This document shows, one piece after another, positions 37,245-46,346 of a DNA stretch of 64,000 nt. A model generated the notes under the pieces. It did no database searches and was not told the origin of the DNA. It was given only the letters and a program-made list of their open reading frames with translations. Positions within the stretch are counted from its first letter, which is position 1; each line of letters starts with the position of its first letter. The stretch is from an uncultured Eubacteriales bacterium (GTDB lineage Bacteria; Acidobacteriota; Aminicenantia; Aminicenantales; Aminicenantaceae): positions 8,062-72,061 of the forward strand of contig CAZWHQ010000012.1 of NCBI GenBank assembly GCA_964633715.1, in the 5' to 3' direction. Position numbers and translations under genes: made by a program.

Positions 37245-38570
37245 CTATATTTTAACCAGCTCTTCGATGGCAAACGGCTGTTCCTGCTCGATACTCCGGC
37301 GGGCTGCAACACCGATCAAAATAGAGAGAACGCCATCCCGACTTCCCGCCCCCTGTTCCAGAAGATCATCCCCGGGATTCCGGAAGATTCTATCCTGCAT
37401 GATCTGGTCCGCACCCCAATGGCTTCCTCCTTGCCCAGATTCCAGGCTAAACGTCAAAGTGTCTTTGAAATTTCTGGTGAGGCGAAAATCCGCAAGACTC
37501 TCGACCTTCCATGGTTGGTTATGGTAAACACGCGCATCGAGCCGTCCCTTTGTCCCATTAAATCCCACAGAATATCCCTCATAGGGCATAAATGCGTTCA
37601 AAGAATAACTCATTGTCACACGGTTGTGGTACTGGACCTGGACGTTCATGGTGTCCCAGATGTTGATTCTCTTCCGAAAAACACAGGCATCACGGATGTA
37701 CCCATCGGCAGATTCGGCCTTTACGTAGAGATTCATTAAATGCTCATCCTGTGTGATATCCCAGAAGAATTCACACGAATCCTTATAGGGACAGGTCATA
37801 CAGCGGCCGCTCCGGGCTGTTCCGTTAAAGCCATACTTACGCAATTCCCCGTAAGCATTCACTTCTACAGGTTCAGCAGCCAACCACCAATTCATGAGGT
37901 CATAGTGATGAGTAGCCTTGTGCACAAGAAGAGAGCCTGAAAACTGCTTGAATCCATGCCAGCGTCGGAAATAAGAGGCCCCGTGATAGACATCCAGATA
38001 GTAGTTAAAATCTACAGATGTGATCTCTCCAATCTCCCGGGACAAGAGAATCTCCTTGATTTTGACCGCATCCGGATTGTACCGGTAATTAAATGTCACA
38101 ACGAGGTTCTTTCCTGTCCTTTTTTCTGTATCGATAATCTTCTGCGCCAAAGTCTCATCAGTGGCAAGGGGTTTTTCTGTAATCACGTCACACCCCATCT
38201 CCATCGCCAGACAGATATACTTGGCATGAAAGCAGTCCATGGTGGTCACAATCACTGTTTCAGGTTGTGTGTCTTTGACCATTTTATGAAAATCTGTGTA
38301 AGTTGGACATGTCGCCCCCATATAACGTTTTGAGTATTCCAACCGGATTGGATTGATGTCACAAAGCCCGACCATTTCCAGCACATCGCCGTAATCCTGC
38401 AGCAGTGTTTTTCCCCACAGTGAAGATCCTCTGATCCCAGTGCCAACCAGGGCAATCCTTTTCTTCTTGACCGGTTGGGCAAAAAGAAGGTTCCCTTTGT
38501 TCACCAGGGAATATCCGGTCACACCCAAGGCAGCCCCCACCGAAGTGGACAAAAACTTACGTCGACTCAA
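37245..38570 (-). CDS. Gfo/Idh/MocA-family oxidoreductase with Tat signal (second copy)
   Basis: MSRRKFLSTSVGAALGVTGYS is a Tat motif and IALVGTGIRG a Rossmann motif. It starts at TTG preceded by a T10 tract. Confidence 0.8.
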   Translation of the reverse strand: MSRRKFLSTSVGAALGVTGYSLVNKGNLLFAQPVKKKRIALVGTGIRGSSLWGKTLLQDYGDVLEMVGLCDINPIRLEYSKRYMGATCPTYTDFHKMVKDTQPETVIVTTMDCFHAKYICLAMEMGCDVITEKPLATDETLAQKIIDTEKRTGKNLVVTFNYRYNPDAVKIKEILLSREIGEITSVDFNYYLDVYHGASYFRRWHGFKQFSGSLLVHKATHHYDLMNWWLAAEPVEVNAYGELRKYGFNGTARSGRCMTCPYKDSCEFFWDITQDEHLMNLYVKAESADGYIRDACVFRKRINIWDTMNVQVQYHNRVTMSYSLNAFMPYEGYSVGFNGTKGRLDARVYHNQPWKVESLADFRLTRNFKDTLTFSLESGQGGSHWGADQIMQDRIFRNPGDDLLEQGAGSRDGVLSILIGVAARRSIEQEQPFAIEELVKI

Positions 38571-38633
38571 TTTTTTTTTTAGATTTTGTCACAAACGCCT
38601 CCCCATTCAAAATATATCCTTACACTTTAGGTA

Positions 38634-38668
38634 GCTTCTATCACAGGAAAAAAGGGATGTCAAAACCA
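38634..38668 (-). promoter_or_regulatory. Conserved sigma70-like promoter element TTGACATCC-N-TTTTTTCCTGTGATAGAAGC (copy 1)
   Basis: 33-bp near-identity with 45675-45708. Coding-strand TTGACA, a 17-18 nt spacer, then TAGAAG/TATAAG with upstream TG. Confidence 0.5.
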
Positions 38669-38685
38669 AGGGTGAAGGAGGATTT

Positions 38686-39549
38686 TTAGTCCTGAGCTAG
38701 CTCAAGGATGTTGGTCAAAGGACTGTATGTATTTTCAAGTCGGGAGAGAAATGGGCGAAAAGATGCTTCGATCACAAAAGGAAGGCCATCCTGCCAAGGG
38801 ATTCGACGGAAATCCTCTTCCAGAGCTTGTATTTCAGCCAGGAAAGCTCCTCTCCACTCATCATCTCCTGGTTTTACTGGAGGTGAATCCAACTGAGGAA
38901 CCTGGTTTTTTAGTATAGACAGTATTAAATGGTTTATCCTCTCGACCATATTTATTTCACGTTCCTCTAGGTTTTCTTCTCTGTCCCACTCATCAAATCT
39001 CCACTCTCTATCACTCTGGACAAGCTGAAAACCCGGACCGTCTCCGGGAGATTTCCCGAGCATGGAATAATAGGAAAGAATGTAAATATACATATACTCC
39101 CCTAAACCCATCTTAACGTCAAGGAGAGCCTGACTGCGTTGCGCATAGTAATCACCAATCCCGGGGATCAGACTAAAAGCCGCTCTGAATGCGTGAAAAA
39201 CTTGACCTGGTTTCCTGTTTTCTTTTCTTTGATTTTCACGATTCCGGATTTCGTCGAGAACGGAAATGGAGTCATCCAACCTGTCACGGGCAGGAACCGT
39301 AATTTCTCTGACATAAAGAAAGTCTTCCATTCGCTCAAAGGAGATGCGCCCATCTGAAGGAGGTGTATATTCTTCAATTTCACCATAGAGGTTTTTTAGA
39401 GAATCCGTCAATTCTCCTGTTTCTTCGAATTTATAGACCAAGTCTTTTACAAAGAAAAATCCTAGAGTCAGCAGAACCAGCAGAATAACCACAATGGCTC
39501 CGCAGCCAATACCACAACCAATGAGCCATTTTTTTGTGGACTTTTCCAT
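38686..39549 (-). CDS. Membrane-anchored hypothetical protein
   Basis: N-terminal TM (LIGCGIGCGAIVVILLVLLTLGFFF) followed by an acidic soluble domain. No family recognised. Confidence 0.5.
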   Translation of the reverse strand: MEKSTKKWLIGCGIGCGAIVVILLVLLTLGFFFVKDLVYKFEETGELTDSLKNLYGEIEEYTPPSDGRISFERMEDFLYVREITVPARDRLDDSISVLDEIRNRENQRKENRKPGQVFHAFRAAFSLIPGIGDYYAQRSQALLDVKMGLGEYMYIYILSYYSMLGKSPGDGPGFQLVQSDREWRFDEWDREENLEEREINMVERINHLILSILKNQVPQLDSPPVKPGDDEWRGAFLAEIQALEEDFRRIPWQDGLPFVIEASFRPFLSRLENTYSPLTNILELAQD

Positions 39550-39557
39550 CCTTCACC

Positions 39558-40661
39558 TCAAGATGCAGTTAATTCCGCCAGTGCTTTATTTAAGTTGTTT
39601 AGACCGATTTTAATTTTCTCAGGCTCACCACCAAATCCCAACCTGAAATGTGTTGGATCCATCTCGAAACATCTCCCGGGAACGACAAACGTTTTATATT
39701 TATTTGCGAGAAGCCGGTAAAGTCTTTCCGGATCAATGGCCATTTGGCCCTTTATTCGAGGGAAACCCACGACTCCTGCCTCTGGATAAATCCACTCGAA
39801 ATTTTCCTGTTGATTGATCCAGTCGGCAGCGATGCCTCGATTTTTTTCGATCCGCTGTTTGGCTTTGTCCACAAATCGTTTTTTTTCGGTGAGCACCCGG
39901 GACGCAATCTCTTCACTGAGAGCATTATTCGCAATGCTGACCTGCTCCCGGACAGCCAGAGCCGTATTGAGAACATTTTGATCCAATGTGGCCAGCCATC
40001 CCGTTCGTAATCCAGGCAGTCCGTAAGATTTAGAGAGACTCGAGATGCTGATCACCTTTGGACTCAAGGTGGCCGCAGGAGGAAGTGGATCCTTAAAATC
40101 CATATCCCTGTAGGTTTCGTCAAAAAGAATATAAATATCTTTGGATTCGGCCATGTCGATTATTTTTTGGAGTTCCCCGCTTGAAATTTTCGAACCTGTA
40201 GGATTGTTGGGATGAGTCAGGCTGATCAGTTTTGTTTGAGGTGTGATCTTTTCCTTGATTTCTTCTCCAATTGGCCTGAATTTGTTGTCATACTTTAGAG
40301 TATAGAGGTCTACATTACATCCTAACGATCGGGGCACTTCATAGTTTGAGGGATAATTTGGGTGTTCAACTATTACATGGTCGCCCGGTTTGATAAGAGA
40401 TGCGGCAATCACAAAATTGGCCTCACTTGCACCGGTTGTGACGATGATGTGTTCCGGTGATAATCCGGGATAGGATAAAGCGATGATCTCTCGTAAATCG
40501 GGCCGGCCTTTGTGGTATCCATATCTTAGTAAAATATCGTTCAGGTCGATATCGAGGTGCCGTACGCCGAGTGTTTTTACCGCACTCTCCCCGATGTCAT
40601 ATTCGATCTCATATTGATAGGTATCAAACCAGTCCTCTAATTCCATCCTTTGAAACCACAT
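39558..40661 (-). CDS. PLP-dependent aminotransferase, class I/II fold
   Basis: SLSKSYGLPGLRTGW is the Schiff-base lysine motif. HPNNPTG is present. An AGGAG RBS precedes the start. Confidence 0.8.
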   Translation of the reverse strand: MWFQRMELEDWFDTYQYEIEYDIGESAVKTLGVRHLDIDLNDILLRYGYHKGRPDLREIIALSYPGLSPEHIIVTTGASEANFVIAASLIKPGDHVIVEHPNYPSNYEVPRSLGCNVDLYTLKYDNKFRPIGEEIKEKITPQTKLISLTHPNNPTGSKISSGELQKIIDMAESKDIYILFDETYRDMDFKDPLPPAATLSPKVISISSLSKSYGLPGLRTGWLATLDQNVLNTALAVREQVSIANNALSEEIASRVLTEKKRFVDKAKQRIEKNRGIAADWINQQENFEWIYPEAGVVGFPRIKGQMAIDPERLYRLLANKYKTFVVPGRCFEMDPTHFRLGFGGEPEKIKIGLNNLNKALAELTAS

Positions 40662-40673
40662 GAATCCAGTCTC

Positions 40674-41573
40674 CTATATATTGTGTGAATTGATGAATGT
40701 GAGAATATGCTGACGCAGCTGTTTGCTTGAAAGAGCCCCTGTCCAGTGCCCTTTGTCCAACACAAAAACAGGATGTTCGCCATAACTTTCCTTCTGCCTT
40801 TTATACCGGAACAGCTGATCGTATCTGGCCAGCAATGGAAAAACATTGTCGCTGTTGACTTTTTTAAAATCCTTCTCAAAATCTAACTTTTCATTGACGA
40901 TTTCCCACTGTTCATGCACAATTTTGGCCATTCTATTGTAAGCAGATGTCATAAAGACATCACTCAGAGATGCCCCTGCACACAAAGGGATGTAGACATC
41001 AGCAGTGTTGAAATAGGTCCTGTGGAGATTAGCCGCTAAACCACCCAGGCTGACTCCAGCAACAAACACTTGGCCTCGTCCCTCTGATTTTATGTATTTG
41101 ACCAGAAAATCGATCAATTTCGCACAAACAGAGAGCATAGCAATAAAACTTGTCAAGTGTCCCATCCGTTTGGCATATTTTAGGATGGAACCCTTGTGAA
41201 AGGGTGCACGAAGAGCGATGAGGTTTGCCTCTATAGGTTCCCGCGAAGACACAAAAATATCTCGGAATGTATTCTTTATATACCAATGAAAATCAAAAGG
41301 ACGTTCAAGGTTCCCATGATGATAGATGATAGTGGGATAATCCGTTCCTTTCCACTGGTGGATTAAAAATGCCGGATTCATGACCCCAGCTTCTGTTTCA
41401 GCCTCCACTTCATATTTTCCCTCGCCCAATATCGTGGGAACTTTTAGTTTGATTTTTTTGAGATGCTCCACATAGGTGGAACTCTCTATACTCTTGGAAA
41501 AAACTTTGTTATTGATCAGAAGAACTTCAGTGCTCCTGATGGAAATGTGATCTATCAAGGCATGGATATTCAT
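40674..41573 (-). CDS. Alpha/beta-hydrolase fold protein of unknown specificity
   Basis: GVSLGG is a nucleophile elbow. It lies upstream of and co-directional with the aminotransferase. Confidence 0.5.
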   Translation of the reverse strand: MNIHALIDHISIRSTEVLLINNKVFSKSIESSTYVEHLKKIKLKVPTILGEGKYEVEAETEAGVMNPAFLIHQWKGTDYPTIIYHHGNLERPFDFHWYIKNTFRDIFVSSREPIEANLIALRAPFHKGSILKYAKRMGHLTSFIAMLSVCAKLIDFLVKYIKSEGRGQVFVAGVSLGGLAANLHRTYFNTADVYIPLCAGASLSDVFMTSAYNRMAKIVHEQWEIVNEKLDFEKDFKKVNSDNVFPLLARYDQLFRYKRQKESYGEHPVFVLDKGHWTGALSSKQLRQHILTFINSHNI

Positions 41574-41806
41574 TTTTACATAAGGCCAGTCCTGTTTAAG
41601 ATCATTTCATTTTAAAGAATTCTGAAACTTAAATAAAGACACGTCTTTTGGAAAGCATCCCATTTCCCGCGATTTCAAGAAAGAATTCTCCGCAAAGTGA
41701 TAAGAAATCACGAAAATGAGGAAACTTCCCAATTGAGTTGGCTTGACTTTTTGAGAAGGTGGTGGTAATTCAGATTCTTTAAAAGATCGGATATTTGGAG
41801 GAATAA

Positions 41807-43474
41807 ATGGCCAAAAAAACTCACTTCTACCTATCTATTTTTATAGTGATTTTTCTTCTTTTTCCCGGCTGTACAAGCAAAACTTCTGGGATAGAAGAAG
41901 CTCTAGCAAGTATCTCGTTGGAGGATTTTAAAAAAGACATAAAAATTCTCTCCTCGGACGAATTCGAAGGCCGCTCTCCCGCTTCTAAGGGAGAAGAGCT
42001 GACCATTGAGTTCTTGAAAAACGAGTTCCAGGCCCTGGGACTTGAACCGGGAAATAAGGGCAGTTTTTTCCAGGAAGTTCCACTGGTCAAGATTACTTCG
42101 ATTCCCTCCAAAACTCTGGAAATTTCGGGACAGAATACTTCTCATACATTCCGATACGGCGATGAATATGTCGGCACAACCAAACAAGTTGTTGATGAGG
42201 TTTCCCTTAGAGATTCAGAGATGATTTATGTCGGTTACGGCATTGTCGCACCGGAATACGGTTGGAATGACTATGAGGGTATCGATGTGAAGGGAAAAAC
42301 CGTCGTCATTCAGGTGAATGATCCCGGATTCGCGACGCAAGATCCAGATCTTTTTAACGGCCGCGCCATGACCTATTACGGCCGGTGGACCTACAAATAC
42401 GAAGAAGCTGCACGCCAGGGAGCGGCAGGCGCTCTCATCATTCATGAAACCGAACCTGCTGCCTACGGTTGGGATGTCGTGTTTAATGGCTGGACCGGGC
42501 CTCAGTTTAATTTGGAGAATAAGGACAACAAGATGTCCACTTGTGCCGTCGAAGGATGGATCACTTTGGAGACTGCTCACCGGATATTCGAGCAGGCCGG
42601 ACTTGACTTCGATGAGTCAAAGAGGGCCGCTGCCAATTTAGGATTCAAGCCCGTTCCCATGGAACTGACCGCCAATTTAACATTAAAAAACAGCATCGAG
42701 TACTCTCGATCCAATAACGTTATTGCCGTCCTGCCAGGTTCAGAACGGCCGGATGAAGTGATTTTCTACACAGCCCATTGGGATCATTTCGGAATCGACA
42801 CTTCCCTGGAAGGGGATCAGATCTTCAATGGAGCATTGGATAACGCGACCGGAACTGCAGCCCTTATCCAACTGGCCGAAGCATTCCTGAAGCTGAAAAC
42901 ACCTCCCGCCCGCTCGATAGCCTTCATGGCCGTTACCGCTGAAGAACAGGGATTGCTTGGCTCTCTATATTACGCCACTCATCCCATCTATCCCAAGACG
43001 AAGACCGTTGCCTCCATCAATATGGATGCTCTCAACATCTATGGGAAAATGAACGATATCACGGTCATTGGCTACGGACAATCTGAACTGGACGACTACG
43101 TGGAAACCGCTGCCGCAAAGCAGGGACGACGTGTTCGACCTGATCCTAAGCCTGAAAGAGGCTCTTTTTTCCGCTCGGATCATTTCAGTTTTGCCAAACA
43201 GGGCATTCCCGCCCTCTATACAGGCGCAGGGATCGATCATGTAGAGCATGGAGAAGCATGGACACTTGAAAAAAGAGATGCCTATATCGCTGAAAAATAC
43301 CACAAGCCTTCGGATAATTACGATCCTAATTGGGACCTTTCCGGCGCGATTGATGACCTGCGTTTGCTGTTTAATATTGCTCACAAGTTAAGCATGGAAT
43401 CCTCTTTTCCAAACTGGAAAGAAGGAAGTGAGTTCAAAGCTAAAAGAGATGCCGATATGTCCGAAAAAAAATAA
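41807..43474 (+). CDS. M28-family aminopeptidase with PA domain, lipoprotein
   Basis: Lipobox LFPGCTS. It is collinear with the N-terminal half of the 715..3342 protein. DNATGTAALIQLAEAF is a zinc-ligand region. Confidence 0.8.
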   Translation: MAKKTHFYLSIFIVIFLLFPGCTSKTSGIEEALASISLEDFKKDIKILSSDEFEGRSPASKGEELTIEFLKNEFQALGLEPGNKGSFFQEVPLVKITSIPSKTLEISGQNTSHTFRYGDEYVGTTKQVVDEVSLRDSEMIYVGYGIVAPEYGWNDYEGIDVKGKTVVIQVNDPGFATQDPDLFNGRAMTYYGRWTYKYEEAARQGAAGALIIHETEPAAYGWDVVFNGWTGPQFNLENKDNKMSTCAVEGWITLETAHRIFEQAGLDFDESKRAAANLGFKPVPMELTANLTLKNSIEYSRSNNVIAVLPGSERPDEVIFYTAHWDHFGIDTSLEGDQIFNGALDNATGTAALIQLAEAFLKLKTPPARSIAFMAVTAEEQGLLGSLYYATHPIYPKTKTVASINMDALNIYGKMNDITVIGYGQSELDDYVETAAAKQGRRVRPDPKPERGSFFRSDHFSFAKQGIPALYTGAGIDHVEHGEAWTLEKRDAYIAEKYHKPSDNYDPNWDLSGAIDDLRLLFNIAHKLSMESSFPNWKEGSEFKAKRDADMSEKK

Positions 43475-43483
43475 ATAATAAGA

Positions 43484-43729
43484 TTGTTTCAAAAAATATT
43501 TTTCGAAAACTCATCCGGGATCAAACTGTGTGGAATTCTCTCCACACCCTCTTCTGAAAAACAAGAGACGATTTTTTTACTTTGCCACGGTTTTTCAACA
43601 AGCAAGGATGGCCGAACCAACACCCGGCTTGAAAAGACTCTCAATGACGGCGGGCTGGCCACTTTTCGCTTCGATTTTTTTGGACATGGAGAGTGCGGAC
43701 CATATCTAATCTCAGCCCAGAGATTTTGA
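43484..43729 (+). pseudogene. N-terminal fragment of an alpha/beta hydrolase (dienelactone-hydrolase/BAAT-like), truncated before the catalytic serine
   Basis: …FLLCHGFSTSKDG…FDFFGHGEC then a stop. Only 81 aa. Confidence 0.5.
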
Positions 43730-43788
43730 TAAAATGATCCGCCTGATTTCTGATTTTGTTTTGACCCACTCAAAAGATCGGATAATTT

Positions 43789-45630
43789 TTATTTGATTAT
43801 AATCTGCTTTTTATCGTTGCCCGCTTTTTGAGTTTTAACGGACACTTTCAAAAAGGGCTCTCCCTGTCCTTCTTTCACGCGCAAGATATAAGTCGTTTTT
43901 GCACTTGAGGCATACCCTTGGATTTGCCCGAGTTCGACTTTTTTCTCACCGTACAGAATCTCCACGTTCTCACTGGGTTCAATCTCGAGAAGCACAGGTT
44001 TGGCGATTCTCAAAGCCAACGCTTGTTCGGTAGCCGTAGGGAGGAAACCCAGATTGTCGACTTCAAGGTCCAGTTGAAAGATGCCCCCCTTTTTATCTGT
44101 GATTTTTGTCTCCCCAATCTGAACCTTTGGGGCAAGCGTGGCCAGATAGATTGTGAAGTTGTTCCCCATCTCACATTCCTTCTGTACCAGCTCTCCTTCG
44201 GGTGGACTCATCCTGTTTCTCTTCCATCCTCCGATTTCCACCTCACCGAGTGTCGGGTGATCAAAGGAATGCCAGTCGACGAATAATTTCCCATCCATTT
44301 CTTCGTCATTCCACTTGAACCGCTCTTCATCCGAAACGTTTCCATCCTTGTTATAATCCGGAGTCGCCCAGTGTTCATCGGCCATCGAGAAAATCCCAAA
44401 GAGATTATAAGTGGTTTCCAACGAGCTCCCCCAGGCAAAATAGCCACGGTCAAAGGACTCGTTTTCCCCACAGCCGCAGAAATCAAAATTTGTTTCCCGC
44501 CTCGTCACCTCAGGATACATTCCCTCTGGAGCGTTTTTGATATGTCCATCCTTATCCCTGTAGATCTGTGAGGCTTTTCTGTTCCCGGTCCCTGGTGGAT
44601 AATTCCAATGAAACACAGATGTGGCCAGATCCCAACCGGAGTATTCGAGGCTTCTGGCTCCAATGACCTGGAAGAGTCTCAAATCTCCCTGGTTCGGAAA
44701 GTCACTATCAGCCATTGTCGTTGGAGGTCGAAGGATGACTCGTCCACAGCAGTGATGCTGTAGATAGAGGACAATGTTGGGATGGCCGGCCACAAAATCC
44801 ACCTCTGCTCTGGTGATAGTTTCCTCAAGTGGATAATTTCCGCCACCGCTTTGAACGGTCTGAGGCCTCCAGTTGCCTGGATAATTCCGATTGGACAAAA
44901 ATCTCGTCCGGAAACTGTCCTCATTAATTTTTCCATCCCCATCATTATCGAAACCCTCACTGTAGGTCGTATAATATGTCCCGCCTATCTCATCGGGGGC
45001 TTTCCTGACCAATACCCTTGGATCCTTGTCCGATATCTTCATGGTTCCTTCGGGATCCTTTTTCCTCATCTGGACAATAAAACCATCTCCGTCCACATCT
45101 TCGGGAGGATCTTCGTCAAACAATCCGTCCCCGTCATTGTCAACAGGATTAGGATCTTCTCCGGCCGGTTTTCCGGTCAGGTAGGCCTCGGCCCCATCCA
45201 CATCAAGCCTGGGAACAATGTACCAGACAAGATTGTCGACCATTTTTGTAACTTTTTCGTCTTTCCCATAATTTTCAAGCAAATGCCAGATGGTGTAGGC
45301 ACACGACATGGACGCAATGACTTCACTGGAATGAATCTGGTTGAGAAAATAACCCGGTTTATCTTCAGCTTGGCCCGTCTTAGGATTGTTGATGACCAAC
45401 ATCCAAACATCCCTCCCCATCTGAGAGGAACACAGCGATTGAAGCTCCGTCAGCTGAGGAAAAGCAGCATGTACGTCTTTCAGAAAATTTGTAAGCTCAG
45501 CGTATTCATAATAATGGAAAAAATCATACGTTCCGAGAGCCTTGACCTGATTAACCTTTCCATCTCCTGCTCCCAGCAATAAGGGCAGGACAAGCATAAT
45601 GCCTAAAAATAAAACAAATATTTTCCTCAT
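43789..45630 (-). CDS. M14-family zinc carboxypeptidase-like protein with Asp-rich calcium-binding-type repeats, secreted
   Basis: Start ATG 45630 with a strong GGAGAGGAGGG RBS. Signal peptide. IHSSEV is an HxxE zinc motif. DNDGDGLFDEDPPEDVDGDG and FDNDGDGKINED are Ca-binding-like repeats. Confidence 0.55.
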   Translation of the reverse strand: MRKIFVLFLGIMLVLPLLLGAGDGKVNQVKALGTYDFFHYYEYAELTNFLKDVHAAFPQLTELQSLCSSQMGRDVWMLVINNPKTGQAEDKPGYFLNQIHSSEVIASMSCAYTIWHLLENYGKDEKVTKMVDNLVWYIVPRLDVDGAEAYLTGKPAGEDPNPVDNDGDGLFDEDPPEDVDGDGFIVQMRKKDPEGTMKISDKDPRVLVRKAPDEIGGTYYTTYSEGFDNDGDGKINEDSFRTRFLSNRNYPGNWRPQTVQSGGGNYPLEETITRAEVDFVAGHPNIVLYLQHHCCGRVILRPPTTMADSDFPNQGDLRLFQVIGARSLEYSGWDLATSVFHWNYPPGTGNRKASQIYRDKDGHIKNAPEGMYPEVTRRETNFDFCGCGENESFDRGYFAWGSSLETTYNLFGIFSMADEHWATPDYNKDGNVSDEERFKWNDEEMDGKLFVDWHSFDHPTLGEVEIGGWKRNRMSPPEGELVQKECEMGNNFTIYLATLAPKVQIGETKITDKKGGIFQLDLEVDNLGFLPTATEQALALRIAKPVLLEIEPSENVEILYGEKKVELGQIQGYASSAKTTYILRVKEGQGEPFLKVSVKTQKAGNDKKQIIIK

Positions 45631-45674
45631 AGAATCCCTCCTCTCCACAAGTGATAAAAATCTCTGTATGCTAG

Positions 45675-45708
45675 AGCTTATATCACAGGAAAAAAATGGA
45701 TGTCAAAG
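45675..45708 (-). promoter_or_regulatory. Conserved sigma70-like promoter element (copy 2) upstream of the M14 gene
   Basis: The coding strand reads TTGACATCCATTTTTTTCCTGTGATATAAGC, with -35 TTGACA and an extended -10 TGaTATAAG. Confidence 0.5.
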
Positions 45709-45770
45709 AAAAGCCGGGAATTGAAATGTTTAGGCAGGAACGGACAGAAATGCCCAAAGAAGAAAACCAA

Positions 45771-45962
45771 CTATTTGAAACCTTTTAGCGCTCTTGCGGG
45801 CAGAAAAATAATCGTTTTAAATAGGTCTAAAACAGCCGTGACCGTGATCCCTATCAGGCGAAAAGGAATTAAAAGAATCCAGACAATGGGATAGAGAAAA
45901 AGCGCCAAAAGCGCAAGAGGCCAACACAGCACCAAGAGAATAAACCACAATAAAATTTTCAT
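45771..45962 (-). CDS. Small two-TM membrane protein
   Basis: 63 aa, very hydrophobic. The RBS GAGGAG lies 9 nt upstream. The overlapping plus-strand ORF is basic and low-complexity. Confidence 0.35.
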   Translation of the reverse strand: MKILLWFILLVLCWPLALLALFLYPIVWILLIPFRLIGITVTAVLDLFKTIIFLPARALKGFK

Positions 45963-46083
45963 GTTTTGCTCTTCTCCTCACTCTATTATACGAAATATAA
46001 ATGGAAAAGATTACCCCCCTTGAAGGAATTGTGATAATAATAGTAGAATTGAAGTCTCAAAAAATTGAAAGGAGGCCAATCCC

Positions 46084-46269
46084 ATGGCTTATGAAATGAA
46101 ATGCCCCTTGTGTGGTCAAGAAATGTCCGTTGACGTCGAATCAGAGGCCGAAGCCCTCGAGCTCATTCTTAAAGAAGGCATCAAACATGTGCAGGAGGCA
46201 CACAAAGATCTGCCAATGGATGAAGCAATGCTGAAACAGCTGATCCAGACAAATATGAAAAAGACATAA
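46084..46269 (+). CDS. DUF1059-family small protein
   Basis: MAYEMKCPLCGQEMSV…HVQEAHKDLPMDEAMLKQL matches the DUF1059 (YjdC-like) consensus. RBS AAGGAGG. Confidence 0.6.
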   Translation: MAYEMKCPLCGQEMSVDVESEAEALELILKEGIKHVQEAHKDLPMDEAMLKQLIQTNMKKT

Positions 46270-46346
46270 TCTTCACAGACTTAAATCAGATTTTTACAAA
46301 ATTGAATCAGCATAAAAAAATATATCAAACAAAAAGGAAAACGGTT

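Noticed and set aside
45700-45894. Plus-strand 64-aa basic ORF
   Set aside because: It overlaps a minus-strand hydrophobic 63-aa ORF that has a proper RBS. The plus-strand product is Lys/Arg-rich low complexity without a start context.
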